The notes under the pieces are model-generated. The model was given only the letters and a program-made list of their open reading frames with translations. It was not told the DNA's origin and did not search any database. Positions 37,884 through 50,700 of a stretch of 64,000 bases of DNA are shown here, piece after piece. The translations under genes were made by a program, and so were the position numbers. Origin of the DNA: Spirogloea muscicola (lineage: Eukaryota). The stretch spans positions 1,196,999-1,260,998 of the forward strand of contig WELB01000001.1 in the NCBI GenBank assembly GCA_009602725.1, given 5' to 3'. The stretch's first letter is position 1. Every line of letters begins with the position of its first letter.

Positions 37884-38056
37884 GTGTATATTAAGAGATG
37901 GGGAGGCCATGTGTGGCCAAGTACAAAGGCAAGCACATTGGACAAATGTATACGTCACCTGCTGCTAAGCTGACCCGCTCAGTAACCACGAGTCAGCACA
38001 TAGAGGTCGCTAGCTGACGCTCGAATACCGGACGGCAATTGACTAGCTCTTGTAGC
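37884..38056 (-). mobile_element. Family B retrotransposon 3' end / UTR copy
   Basis: Closely matches 32115-32290 (GCTGACCCGCTCAGTAACCACGAGTCAGCAC.TAGAGGTCGCTA). Confidence 0.65.
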
Positions 38057-38349
38057 CGGAGAGAAGGCGCGCGGAGCGCATGAAATGAAATGGAGGCCAA
38101 TTCAAGCCAATACATGGTTCGGAGGGCGAGATGGGGAGCAGCTGTGACGGACCGAAACGGGCGCACCGCCGACGCAACGGCGAGCGTTGTCTTAGAGCGG
38201 GCTCGAGTCGTCGGCGCAGAGGCTTGGGGCGGTGGGCCCGCCAAGATACTGGGTGCTGCGGGACGTACGCGAGGGGTCCGGCCCAGCCCACGGCAACAGC
38301 GGCGGCGGGTTTCCTAGTGGGCGGCAGTGGGTCCCGTTGGCGGGGATGG

Positions 38350-38620
38350 TGCTGAGGTCCATGCATGGGTCGCGCGCGCTGCATCTGCGGGCGGGTCGTG
38401 CCCTAGCTGCAGCCTCTGGCCCTGACCAAGGGGACCCGCTACCGGGAGCCCAGTTTCGCCGTCCTGCGGCTGCTTTGCAGGCGTTACTGAGTGTTTCGTA
38501 GCTGCTTGATTCCATCTGTGCTAGCTTTAGCGCTTTCCCTTGGCCCCTTCGACCTATGTTACTTCTCTTTTTGGGCTGGCCTCTCCCAGCCACCGCCGTC
38601 TCCTGGAAGCGCCTCTCTCG
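38350..38620 (+). mobile_element. Family A retrotransposon 3' end with UTR
   Basis: RALHLRAGRALAAASGPDQG, then TTACTGAG...TTAGCGCTTTCCCTTGGCCCCTTCG...GGGCTGGC UTR. Confidence 0.6.
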
Positions 38621-39184
38621 CTGAGGGGCCTTAGTTCGCTCCAAATGAACAGCTCTACCAATTTACAAAGAATGTTGCTCGAATTTACAGCAGTGGCTGT
38701 GAGAGGTCAGCACAAGAAGCGAGAGAAGGACTCTTTCAGTAGATCAACAGCTCTTTCAACATGAGGCAGTAGCTGTGAAGGAGAATGGCTCTCCAAAGGG
38801 GGCAAGGGCTGTGAAAGGCCAGCCCAGGAAAACACGTGAACAAAGTTCAAAGGAAGCCAGAGAAGCCGAAATGCAAAAAGCACGAAATTTCCCTTGAGAA
38901 TTCCTGCAAGTGGGCGCTCAGTAACTTCTAGTCAACAAGTGCAGATCAGAATAGAATAAGAAGGATTGGAGGGCGGAAAAGCGTTGCCCTGGCGAAACAC
39001 GGAGGCAGCAGCCAAGGCGCGACCTGCAAGTGGGCAAGGGCTGTGAACAGCCAGAAGAAATTGAGAGACCAATCCACTAGTGGGCGATAGCTGTGATTCT
39101 TCTTCTGATTGGCAAGCCCAGAACAAGAATGACGAAGTTCGGAGAAGTGACACCTGGACGACACCCTCAAGTAGCTCCAGAGAG

Positions 39185-39276
39185 AGAGAAGGCGCGCGGG
39201 GCGCATGAATTGAAAGGGAGGCCAATTCAAGCCAATACATTGTTCAGGCAGAGTCGAGTGCAGACTAAACAATGCT
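39185..39276 (+). repeat. Unclassified interspersed element; other copies start at ~24603, 37120, 38060, 50558, 52328, 52677 and 57525
   Basis: Core GAGAAGGCGCGCGGGGCGCATGAATTGAAAGGGAGGCCAATTCAAGCCAATACATTGTTCAGGCAGAGTCGAGTGCAGACTAAACAA, matching the 50560 copy essentially base for base. Confidence 0.8.
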
Positions 39277-39582
39277 CCAGAGAGAGTGACTGTTCCAGTA
39301 GAGAGCGATGGCTGTGCCTGGCCAGCCCAGAGGAATGGGAGATGAGGCGCAGTGTGCGCATGAGACGAGAAAAGGGCACCAGAAAGCCGACGGCCCGCTG
39401 ACAAGCGGCGGAGCCACGCTTGGGAGACGGCGGGCGACGTCCCCGGGGGGCGCCGGACGTCCGCGGGGCGCGCCCCGCCCGACGCTCCGCCGGCGGCGCC
39501 GGCAGCGTGTCGGCGACGGAGGGCCCACCCGGCCGACAGTTGGACGTCGGGCGGGGGGGTGGCAACCGGGGAAGGCGACAAA

Positions 39583-39676
<94 letters not shown>

Positions 39677-40613
39677 NGGTGCTGCGGGCGGGCGCGGCGT
39701 CCCTGGTCGCGCGGCAGCTGCTCCAGAGCGCCCTACGGCGGCTGCTGGCCGAGGCGGCGCTGGCGCCGCGCCGGGACGAGCAGCTCGGCGACGGCGAGGT
39801 GGTGCAGGCCAAGGAGGCCGCCGGGCCTGCGCCGCGGTTGCCACGCCGGCGCTTGGTGACGGTGAGCATATGGGGAAGACGTGCTCGGGTGGGGGCGCGT
39901 CGAGGCTGTCCGGTCGCCATGAGCGACGCTCTCGAGGGCCCCAGCTACGCTTGTAGCATGCGGCCTGCAGTTGCTGCTGGATCTCATGGCGTGGATGCCA
40001 GCAATCAGTGTGGCCTCCATTGCTGCATATGCGAAGATCTCGTGCCGCGAAGCAAGGCCTTACTGCTGCTAAACTGCGCTCATGAGCTGCGTCAGTGCTC
40101 CTGCTCGGGAATGCCGGAGGAGAGCCAATCCACGTCCGACGGGGCCGGCCGCAGAACCCCCCTTGGCCACCATCCACGGCGACCAGTGCACACGGCCGCT
40201 TGGTGTCGTAGCCGGCGTGGCAGCGCCGCCTCTGTGGATGCGCCGGAGCTGCCCGCCGACTGGGCTGCCTTTGACGACTTCCTGCCCAAGATTGACCGCC
40301 TCAAGGAGGTCGTGCCCGACTGCAACCAGGCATGGCTGCAAACCTCGCCCCCCTAGCTCTCGCCTCTCGGCGTCAGTCCGCCCTGAAGCCCCGCGAGCTG
40401 GCCACCATCCTCTGGTCGTTGCTGTGGATGCCTTCACGGGAGTCTTGCTGACAACAAGCCGTCCCAAACGTCTGCTTGTATCATTCGCTGTTTCTTCTGT
40501 AGGACATGGACGTGGAGGCCGTGTTGGACTGCACAATCAAGCACGTGCTTGAGCTGGAGGCTGCGGCTGCACACTCCTTGCGGGGCCTGGCCTCCAAACA
40601 CGGTCCCAATTGA
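39677..40613 (+). CDS. Atypical helix-loop-helix protein without a basic region; 5' end hidden by the poly-A/N artefact. HLH split by a proposed GC-AG intron 40330-40502
   Basis: Joining gives FDDFLPKIDRLKEVVPDCNQ/DMDVEAVLDCTIKHVLELEAAAA...*, which fits the HLH pattern L..LVP...D...vL...I.hv..Le. The residues before helix 1 are acidic or hydrophobic rather than basic. Confidence 0.65.
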
Positions 40614-43600
40614 GGAAAAGTGTCCGTGCGCGATCGCAAACCAGCAGAAGTTGCAGCGCAGCATGCTATGTCTCACGGCTAATTTGTGACTGGCCGCCTC
40701 TCCCACTTGTTCAGAAGAAGAAGTAGGGTACCCAAGGCAAAGCCAGCAGCTAGATAGCTTACCCATGGATGCAAGCTTTCCTCCTTGCATCCTCACTGAT
40801 GTCACATTCAATACACTGTCCAAGTAGACGGCATCAGCATCTCCGCATTGCACATGTTTGCATAGCAATAAGAGCAGGAACCGACACTCCACAGGCGCTA
40901 CAAGGTCTTCCTTCCTGGAGACCTTCTAGCGCCTGGGGTAGTTGGCTCGTCCTTCTTTGGTATCACAGTATGATGGGGAGAGTGACTGCTATTGTTTTGA
41001 GTCATTTTCATTGTTAATAAAATCGGGCCGAACTTCAGGTCAGCATAGTCGACTCAAAGCTAGCTACATGTGAGATGCACCTAGTTAACATATGCGCAAA
41101 TTCGTTGCTCCAGACTACTACATTCACCTCAAGTCGTCAATGAGCTGCGCTGAGTATGAGCATCTCATGTGCAACACCCTGCATTCTTCCTTCTTACAAC
41201 TGAAGTTGAGTTACTTGCTTACGACTGAAGTGTGAATTGCTTGCTTGCACATTTTTTTGGGCCTCTGTCCATGTTGTACATACTACACAGGCAATAGATG
41301 CACTACAGCTAAAGTGAAAAAATGGCAGCAAGTAAGCATATTGCTCGGTAACCACTTCAGCAGTTGCTGCTTCAGAAGCCGCTTAGCTCAGTTTTCCAAT
41401 TCTTATCTTTTAGTAGACATATAGCGATCAAACAGCATGCGGCTTGTTCTGAGCTTGACTCTTGATTCACACAGTCAAGCATGCCAGGCTTGGGAGAGAC
41501 TGGCAGGTCTAGGCGGCTGCCAGCTGGTCACAACGACAGTCTCTGCACGTCTCTGAGAGCCCCATAGATTCAAAGGCTCACCAATATTGCTTTCTCCCTT
41601 CCATATCACACTGTACTTAGGCTCGCGGAGGCACGTCGACCCCTCAAGCCTAGAGTAGGCCGACCTGGAGTCCCGCTTCATTTCTCGCTTGTCAAATAGT
41701 GTCAGACTCTTACGTCGTTGAGTGCTTTACAGACTTTGATGTAGCAGAAATTGCATTAGCTACATGAGTCGGCAAGCAGCTTTCTACCTGCCTATATGTT
41801 ATCATTCAAAGTAGACAAGCACAACTCTTTTTGCACAACTGCAGGAATGCAGGTGAGTATGCGACACCTTATTGCATTACAGACGGTCGTGTTGCACAAT
41901 TATTCACTATATCAAATATGAGCGACAAGTATTCTCACACGGATCAGAGAAGCATCCATGTACAGTTTGAAATACAAGCCCCTCATGGCCGACAAGGTCG
42001 TCTATGATCAAGCACCCGAAGTGAGTGAACGACTGGAGATGCAATGTGGCGGATACCAATTTTACAGATGCTCTGCAGCAGCACATGGCCAGTAGTGCCC
42101 TTGATCAGAACCTCTGGTATCGCCTGGGACGAAAGCAATGAACCTGGATTGCGGCAAGCAAAGCCATGCACAAAGCTAACCCACTCGTTTACTAAATACA
42201 TCTGAGATATCGTTCGAATGACTGACTTCTCGTCGTTGGTCTTCATGCCGCACAAGCATATCCGCAGGCTCAACCCTGCCGAGCTTGGCATCCTCAATGC
42301 GGGCTTGCAATGGCGCGGTGGACTGGCGGCAAAGTCAAGGACGTGCAGTGTGGACGGACCATAAATTGCGGCTCCTATGAGTTTGAGTGCATGACTTATC
42401 ACAGCTTGATGTCCTATTTCTGGGTTAGCTGGTGGCCCCAGGTCATGTCGGCTGCCTTGGACCGCAGTATGCCCCTCAATCCTGGTTGAAGTATTCATCG
42501 GGATCCTGGTTGAAGTTTTCATCGCGACTGCTGATAGACTGACAATGGTGACGTCGGGAGACTGACAGAAGCTCTTGACAGCATGGCCGCTTTTGCTGTC
42601 GTTTGTGGAGCGTCCTACGGTTGGGCCTCCACATGTGGGCAGTTGATAGTTGCAGCGTCACCTCTTGTGCAGCATGTAGCTGCACAAGCAGGCAAGAGGT
42701 CAAGGCGGATATGAAGTGCTCATGACAGGTGCTCCTCTACTTCCTCGGTGTCCCATTCAGCTCAGTCAGCAGTGCATATTCTCGGAGCTGAATCTGATGG
42801 CAGCAATTAGGCAGCAAGCGGTCAAGCTCCCTAGACCTGACCTTGCCTATCTCGGCTAGACATGCCCCACTTGCAATGCCCCACTTGCAGCATGTCTTGC
42901 AGAAGGATGTCTTGCAGATCTCATCAAGTCGTGAGGTTCTTTGTGAAAGCATGTACTGATAAAGCTCTCCTCACTTCATGTGAAGGAGCAAGCTAGAACA
43001 ATGTAATGCAGGCGAATGTGGGCGACACTTCAAGGGGGGCCGCCCCACATGGACCCAAGAGGACCCACTTGTGAGCTATGCTGCAGTTGTCCTCAGAGGC
43101 TGCCAAATTGATCTAGCTAAAGGCGGGAGACAACAAAAGAGAGGAGGGATGGAAGTTGCAAGCAGCAGTTGCAGCAGCAGCTAGATCAATCATTGACTGG
43201 ACCTAGTCAGGCTGGAGCAATGTTGAGCGTGATGGGCGAGGAGCCCTAAGGGCATCCTTCTGCTCCAAGCAGGCCCCTAAAGGCCTGCACCACGTGCCGC
43301 CCTGCCTTCAAGTTACCTTGTACTGACGTACAGGAGCTCCACTGAGTAAGAATAAATGGTAAGGTTGTATGCTACAGCAACTGTATCTTGGTATCACAGT
43401 AGCTCATCTGAGATTGTGAGCACCAATAGCACAGTCGCAACCCCTCCATGTTGATTGTAGCAATTGTATTGCTCAGTGGTCGCTCGGACACCGACGTAAG
43501 TGCGCCCATACTCTCTTGAGGTCTTCTGACAGCCTGACTGGACAAATGGCGTCTTGGCAATGCTGGGCGTCAGGCTTCATTGGCAGTGCTGTGCTGCAAA

Positions 43601-43928
43601 TATTGGAAAGCGGTTGATGGCGGTGTTGTCACATAGCAGTGATTTCAGAAGACCAGTGCCGCTGGCAGGCACAGCTTCAGAGAGAGGCGCCGCTCAAGCG
43701 TGCCAAATGATCTTGGGAAATCAACGATATGCGCGCCAGAAGTCTGCTGAAGTCATAGCGAGCTTCCTGTGGATCTTATCCGAGGTTTGCCGGATCCAGT
43801 CTCGGCTGGCAACCACCGCCGGTCCTCGCTCATGTGCAGCCCATTGGCTCTGGTATGACTGCTTGGCACTGGCCCGTAGAGCAACATAGTCGTCTGTGAG
43901 CAGACTCAAAGTTGTGTGACTTCTGCGG

Positions 43929-46900
43929 TCACTGGCTGCTGTCGTCCCCACCGAGGTTGCTGTTCTGATACTCGTCAGAGATGTCCATGAGGCCATCCAG
44001 CGGCCCTCCCTCCACAGTGGCAGGCACAACCTCTGACAAGTATACCAGGCACAGCCCCCGGCTGCGAAGCTCCTTGGCGTTGGACCATGCACAGGGCACT
44101 GATGAAGAGCTTGGCTCATCTGCTGCTGCTGTCATTTCCTGCAAGAGCGATGCGCATGGGCCGTGGGCTTGAGTCCCTCATCTGCGCTTGCATGTGCGTG
44201 TACAGGCGCAACAAGTCACACATGCAGCCATGAGATCTAGACCCCAGCAGTGAGCCTCTAAGCAATGGACCCTTCTGCTCTTTGCTACAGAAACATCTAT
44301 CGTCTCATAGAACCTAGCTCACTGCACTGCTGGCATGCCGACATCGAAGCGAATACGCTGACGCTTTCATAAAGCTTTCCTCACCGCAATCCTTCTCAGC
44401 AGATAGTTCACGTAAAACATAGCTTCCTGCAGCATGAGCTCTGTGGTCATGGCAATGCCTCCAGGCACCAGACTCTGCAACGCACGCATGCGGGCATTGA
44501 TGCGCTCTCTCCTGGCACGGGCTGCCATCGCTTGTGGCTCGAGACACTGGCCGCGCCGCTGAGAGAGGAGCGAGGCAGAAGGTCCATCGCCTGAAGCGGA
44601 CACCTGGACATACATGAGCAGTAAGTGTCACTGGTTGCTTGCTCTCTTATCAGCTCAATTCACCTAAGCACGGGCTGGCTGATTGCCCTGGATGTAAGAG
44701 CAATCATGTGCTTATTGTTTGGAGACTCTGACCGACCAATATGTGGTTTAATCTGACTTCAGAAGGCGTCGTTCCAACCTTTAGAGCCAGGCTTGCCAGG
44801 AACTCGTCCTTGAGCTTCTCCTCGGCACTGCGGGCCAGTTCTTTGACGGCCTGCGAAGGTTCCCAAGCGGCCTTCTTGCGCGCTGCCATGACCTTCTGGT
44901 CCTCTGCTGGCCTCTCTCGTTTGGAAGGGGGGCTTGCCACCAGATAGGATTGACCGGAAGAGGCGGAGGGAGTGGCAGACATTGTTGCCGAGGCCTGCCT
45001 GGCTAGAGGTGGGGTTGCAAATGCGGTCCTTGCCAGCAGCTGCTGCAGAGGTGGCGGAGTAGCCTCAACTTGCAGCATGTTGGACTTTGATCGTTGGACT
45101 TCCTGATCAAACAAGCACACGGCACAGCAATCAGAAGAAGGTAACGAAGAGAAGGACCTGGATTGATGCATAAGCACATCACGAGCAAAAGGTGACAAGC
45201 GGAACAATGACACTCGGTTGAGAGATTATTCTAAGAAGGTACGCAAGGCTGGCAAAGACAATCAGCAGACGCTGCTGTCTCAAGTCTAGCAACTGCCCGT
45301 GCCATATGGAACCTGTGTTGCACAAGAGTACCGGCTCCAGCCTGCAGCCTGCAGACACACAGTCATTGGTTCTTCACAGTCACTGTTTAACAATTCGAGT
45401 GTGTGATAGCTCCACTGCTTGCTTCTGTCACGCCTCACCTTGGCTGAATCTGAAGTTTGCGGGACAGGCAGCTGCACATCTCTGGCCCAAGAGGCAGAAG
45501 TGGTGCTGAAGTTGTTGGATGCGCAGGTCCCACCACCCTCTGCACGGACAGCCATGGTTTGCCATACTCGGAAGACTTCATATGCCCAATCAACTTTGTG
45601 GTATCAAGCTGAATTGCTTGCCGCATGTTGATTTGCAAGGTATGACATAGACCTGGTGAAGCAAAAGTAGACATATCCTCCCTCCTCTTTACCACACATG
45701 TAAGCACATCTCTCTACACCTTGCTCTCTCCCATCCCTCCATCCTCTGCCCCATCTCCCCACGTGTCTAAGCCTCTAAGTTTCCCCCTTTTCTAGGGGGA
45801 GTCTTTCTAATCTCATATCCCACACGTCTCGCAGTCTCGCTCTCGCTCTCTCTCGATCTCACTGTCACGCACAACCTTTCACTGGTCGATCTGATGAAAT
45901 CTACACCCTATAAACACCATCGAGTAGACATCATTCTCACACTTGATGAGGATAGGCAAGGAGGGTCTGACCCACCAGTCGTGGCCTGGTTGTTCAAGTC
46001 GCTCAGCATAAGCTGGAGGCCTGCTGACATGGTCCTGCTGTGATAGTCATCCTGGTCAAGACCTCTGGCATCTGCAAGATTGACAGGGGAGTGTCTTCAG
46101 TGAGGATGCCTGAGAGCACATGCACCCATCTGGGCATGGGAGCGGATGCGAATCATGCCATGTTCCATAGGAAAGACATACACCCAGCGATAGAGAATAA
46201 CAAAATTTCTTGAGAATCACAGCAACCTTCTTCATACTGAGCAGTCAAATTGATGCCAACAATACATGACCAGATGTACCACCAAAGCAACCCTCGGCAG
46301 GGATGGCACCTCTAAGGTATTTGTCCAGGAAGAACGGCTGAGTCGCTTGAAGCTCATGGCTCAGCAGATCCGCAACCCCAGAGCCTGCAGCAGGCTGATC
46401 TAGGTCCATGATGCCAAAGCTTGAGCCTGCCTCCTGTTTGCCTGAAGCAGACCAAGAGCAAGCATGCATGCCGTGGAGAAAGCTGAGGACCAGGCCCTTT
46501 CAGATTCTCCGAGCAAACAAGCAGCAGTACAGTGAAGTCATTCCAGGCCTGTGTTGCAGCTGAAGACATATGACAGTGAGCCGCATTTGTTTGAATACAC
46601 AGCACTATTCTATTGGTCGGGAGCCGATAGCTCATCCTGCCCACATCTTAAGATAACCTCTCGTCAGAATTTGTTCGCATACAGCAGCAGCATCGATGCC
46701 CTTGTCAGACTCACAGGCACTAATGGATTGCTTTGGGCAGTCTACTTCTTAGAAGGGCAGTTGCGGAACCAACCACTGTTGATGGCGTCGAGGTTCTGGA
46801 CGGGGCGCCCAGCAGCCTGGTCCACGGCCCTTGCCTACTCGGATGGATGTTGCATGGAGCATTGAGGAGACAAGGTTCCAATGCATAGGCAATGATTCTT

Positions 46901-48923
46901 GCAGGAGTACAAGATGCATCGACCAGAGGAGACTCCAGGTGTTATGCCATACTCATCCAAGCCTGGGACTGGACTTAGGCAAATGTGGAGTGTGAGTGTT
47001 GGCTTCTTACGTTGATGGGTGCAGCCGAGGCAAACGTCACAGTAGGAGGGTGTGCAGTGTCCAGCCATGGGGTCGTCAATGCCAGCGGACTGTGGAGGCC
47101 AAGTCAGATTGTCAGCCCTCCGTGATCAATACTGAGCTGAAATTTCAGATATCTTCAGTAAGTTAGGGACAAAATGACCGACTTGATAGTAAATCACGAG
47201 GCTCTCTGAAGCTTGTGCAAGGTCTGCCGCTTTTGGTGGGATGCCAGGTAGGCGGCTGACAGACCTCTGAAGCCTCATGGACGCCACGGAGGACCCGTCG
47301 CCAGGAGGAGCACCAGGCTGCACCTCAAGGGCGGGGACTGGGCCCCCGTCTCTGCTGCTGCTGGAAAAACCGAGGCACGCGAGGCTGTCGGGTCAACTTG
47401 GAGCGGCAGCACTGGGGATCTGTTGTCACAGTGCCCCATTGCCGACTATGCTGCTGTCAACAGCAAGTTGCTTCCCATCTCTTCCTGCCAATGCCATCAA
47501 GTTCTTGCCCACACTTGGTGGCATTGGCACAAGGACGCCTGCTGACTAGCAGCAGCGGGATGGTTACCAGGTGGCGGGCGCTGCGAGCATTGGCCCGCTG
47601 CGGCTGCTTCCTCCGGGCTCAGCGACGAGCGGAGTCGTAGAGAGAGGCGGCATAGCCGGACCGCCAAACATCGCCTGAAGCTCCGGCACGCCTAGCAGCA
47701 CGCTGACTGGCAGTCCGGCGTCCACGGAGCTCAGCATTCCTGGGCGCACCGCTCACGCGCAAGATCGCGCGTGGTCAGGACCACTGTACGGTCATGACAC
47801 TGTGTGCAGCAGACTGCCGATCCGTTTGTTACAATCGCTGTCATCGACGCAGCCAGCGGCCCTGATGATGGCCTGGTCTTGGCGGAGCCACGCACCAGAG
47901 AGGCTGTTGGTGCGGTGCATCTCCATGGCCAGCATGATGGAGAGCTCCTCGTAAGACAGCCCCTCGAGGCCCGTGAGCGTGGGCAAGCTGCCGCCACCGG
48001 CCATGACCGCCGGTACCTGCTGCGGTGGCAACGGCGGAGTGGACGCTCCCAGCATCTGCAGCCTCGCCAGCAGCGCGGCCTGCGCCTGCGGGGAGCTGGC
48101 GGCCAGCTACTCTCGCGGAGCACGCCATCGTCCAAGGAGGCGGTGTCACTGCCAGGATCGACACGATGTCCTGCGAAGACTGATCTTGCAGACAAGACTG
48201 CCGGCGTCGAGCACCACTGGGCTGCGGTTGCGACGCCGGCGAGGAGGGCCGGCATGGCACGGCGAGTCACCTGCTGCCGTATGGCCTGCGTCTGGTGCTG
48301 CGCAAAGGCCTGCTGCGCCGCGGCGTGCTGGTGCAGGCCCTCCAGCCCCTGCACCGCTTGCTGCTGCTGCTGCTGCGGCGGCTGCTGCAGCTGCAGCAGC
48401 AGCAGTGGCGACGGCAGCAGCGCGACAGCCGCAGGGCCCTGATGAAGCAGCGGCTGCTGGTCGCCGCCGGCGAGCGAGGAGGAGGCCTGCGCGACGGCGC
48501 GCGCCAGCAGCAGGCCCGGGAGCGTCTGCAGGAGCGCCGTGGACTCCGTCGCGCCGAGGCTCGTGTCGCCGCCCCATGGCCTGCTCGCAGGCGCGGCTCC
48601 ACAGTGAGCACAGGCGCCGCTAGAGCGGGCTCTTGCTCGTCGCAGTGCCATCGTCCAAGGAGCGCTGATCAGCGTGCGCTCGGCTGCCAGCCGGGCAGCG
48701 CGCATGGGAGGCGGCGATCGGAGGCGGCGCTGGAGGAGCGCTCACATGTACGCGGCGTCGGACGGCGCAGGCAGGTGGAGGCCGTCGCCGCCGTCGGCGC
48801 CCGCCAGGCTCTCGGCAGCGTGGGCCTGCACCTGGCCGCCGAGCGCGCCGAGACGAGCGCGCTCGTCAGGGCCTCCGAGGCGCTCCAGCGGTGGGACCGG
48901 CCGCCGGCTCCCGTCGGGAGCGG
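43929..48923 (-). CDS. Long multi-exon bHLH transcription factor, class VIII-like, start in the N gap. Proposed exons (gap)-~48746, 48619-48271, 48106-47896, 47739-47568, 47360-47183, 47089-47011, 46441-~46310, ~46071-45976, 45652-45439, 45157-44758, 44603-44385, 44138-43929
   Basis: Intronless bHLH EPQAMAARARRERINARMRALQSLVPGGIAMTTELMLQEAMFYVNYL (44385-44545); last exon contains KELRSRGLCLVYLS. The upstream exons join in phase with GT-AG sites, but they are low-complexity and less certain. Confidence 0.78.
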
Positions 48924-50557
48924 NNNNNNNNNNNNNNNNNNNNNNNNNNNNNNNNNNNNNNNNNNNNNNNNNNNNNNNNNNNNNNNNNNNNNNNNNNNNN
49001 NNNNNNNNNNNNNNNNNNNNNNNNNNNNNNNNNNNNNNNNNNNNNNNNNNNNNNNNNNNNNNNNNNNNNNNNNNNNNNNNNNNNNNNNNNNNNNNNNNNN
49101 NNNNNNNNNNNNNNNNNNNNNNNNNNNNNNNNNNNNNNNNNNNNNNNNNNNNNNNNNNNNNNNNNNNNNNNNNNNNNNNNNNNNNNNNNNNNNNNNNNNN
49201 NNNNNNNNNNNNNNNNNNNNNNNNNNNNNNNNNNNNNNNNNNNNNNNNNNNNNNNNNNNNNNNNNNNNGGGGCGGCTTTCAGAAAAAGGCGGGCCCCGCA
49301 CCCCCCCGGGCCAGGCCGGGCAGTGCCGCCCGCCGGCCACGTGGCGGCGCGCGGGGCCGCGTGGGCCCAGGCGGGGGTGGGGGCAAATTAAGGGCGCCCA
49401 GCCCGCGCCGCTGCTGTTGGCTCCTGGCAGCAGCGGAGCCAGGGGGCGGACCGCCACCTGCCGCCCTCGCAGGGCGGGGGCCTTCCCGGGGTGTCCGGGC
49501 GGTGGGGCCCGTACCTCCCCCCCCGCGCGCTCCAGCCGCGGCCCTGCATTCGTGGGCGCCGCCGGGCGGGGGCGGGGGAGAGATGGAGTCTGAACGAGAA
49601 GGGTGGTGAGGGGGCCTGTTTCCTGAAGGAGCGCGAGAGAAACCATTTCAATCCCTTTTCTTGGCTTGTTGATCACAGCCATCGCTACCTTTTGGAAGAC
49701 TAGCCCTCTCCAACAAAGGGAGAGGGGAGGCGAACGGGGCGAGGGCTGTGAAAAGCGAGCCCGAAAGAAGAAAGTGCTCGCCCATTGAGGATAGGGCCTG
49801 GAACAGCCGAAAGGTCCGAAGGGGCCAAAAGGCGGGGGAGAGAGGGGAAGAGAAGGATAGGTGGGCAGTGGGCGCAAGAGGAAGAGGGAGGAATTGGAGT
49901 GTGTATTAAGAGATGGGGCCAAGTACACAAGGCAAGCACATTGAGGGAGGGAGAGAAGGAGAGTGTTGGGGACAGAGGGAGATAATGAGAGGGAAAGGGG
50001 TGGTGGAGGGGCGGCGCCGGCCCCCGTTGCGGGTCCCCCAAAACGGGCCCCGCCAGGAGGCCCTCGAAGCCCGGAGGGCGTGGGAGCGTGCGGGAGAGGG
50101 TGGGGCTGGGTGGGCCCAGCAGGCAAGGGGGGTGCCGCGGAGCATGAAGCTGCCATCCCACTGGCCGCGGGGCAGTGGCGTGCCTCACGCGAGGGTGGCG
50201 ACGGCCGCCCTCGCCTTTTCGGGCCCTGCTCACCACGAGCGGGGCGGGGGCCTTCCAGGGCGAGCACATTCTTACACGGCTCCAGGAGACGAGCCGTGTA
50301 ACATGCCGGGGAGACGTCTGTGGCGAGCGCCACGACGGGAAGCGGCTGAGACACGGAGGTCTTGGGCTGACACCCGCAAGGCTGTCGCCAGCCAGCGGCA
50401 GTCGGTCCGGCCCGCAGGTGGGCGGGCGAGGTCAACCATGGCCTCGGTCGTCAGGGGCTGAACCGCCCACCGCCGCTTCGGGCACGTGATCGGCTCTGAT
50501 CGCGGACACGAGGTTGCCATGGGGCACGCAGCGAAGGCGGAGGAGCTACAGGAGGGG

Positions 50558-50700
50558 GAGAGAAGGCGCGCGGGGCGCATGAATTGAAAGGGAGGCCAAT
50601 TCAAGCCAATACATTGTTCAGGCAGAGTCGAGTGCAGACTAAACAATGCTACATAACATGGAGACCTAATCTAAGGTACCTAAGATGACATTAGTACCAA
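50558..50700 (+). repeat. Copy of the unclassified interspersed element
   Basis: Core plus the extension CTACATAACATGGAGACCTAATCTAAGGTACC, which is shared with the 52328 copy. Confidence 0.8.

Noticed and set aside
39583..39677. About 90-nt poly-A ending in a single n
   Set aside because: Same artefact pattern; there is no retroelement body or TSD next to it.
42479..42524. 22-bp near-perfect tandem duplication; nearby ORF 41983-42522
   Set aside because: An isolated duplication; the ORF has no recognisable motif and no supportable exon chain.
45435..45707. Apparent uORF overlapping the bHLH start (SAC51-like regulation)
   Set aside because: An alternative acceptor at 45157 joins it in frame to the main ORF, so an ordinary coding exon is the simpler reading.
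48669..50489. Long overlapping GC-rich ORFs, up to 588 aa
   Set aside because: They span Ns and repeats and are expected from stop-codon scarcity at high GC; no domain was recognised.
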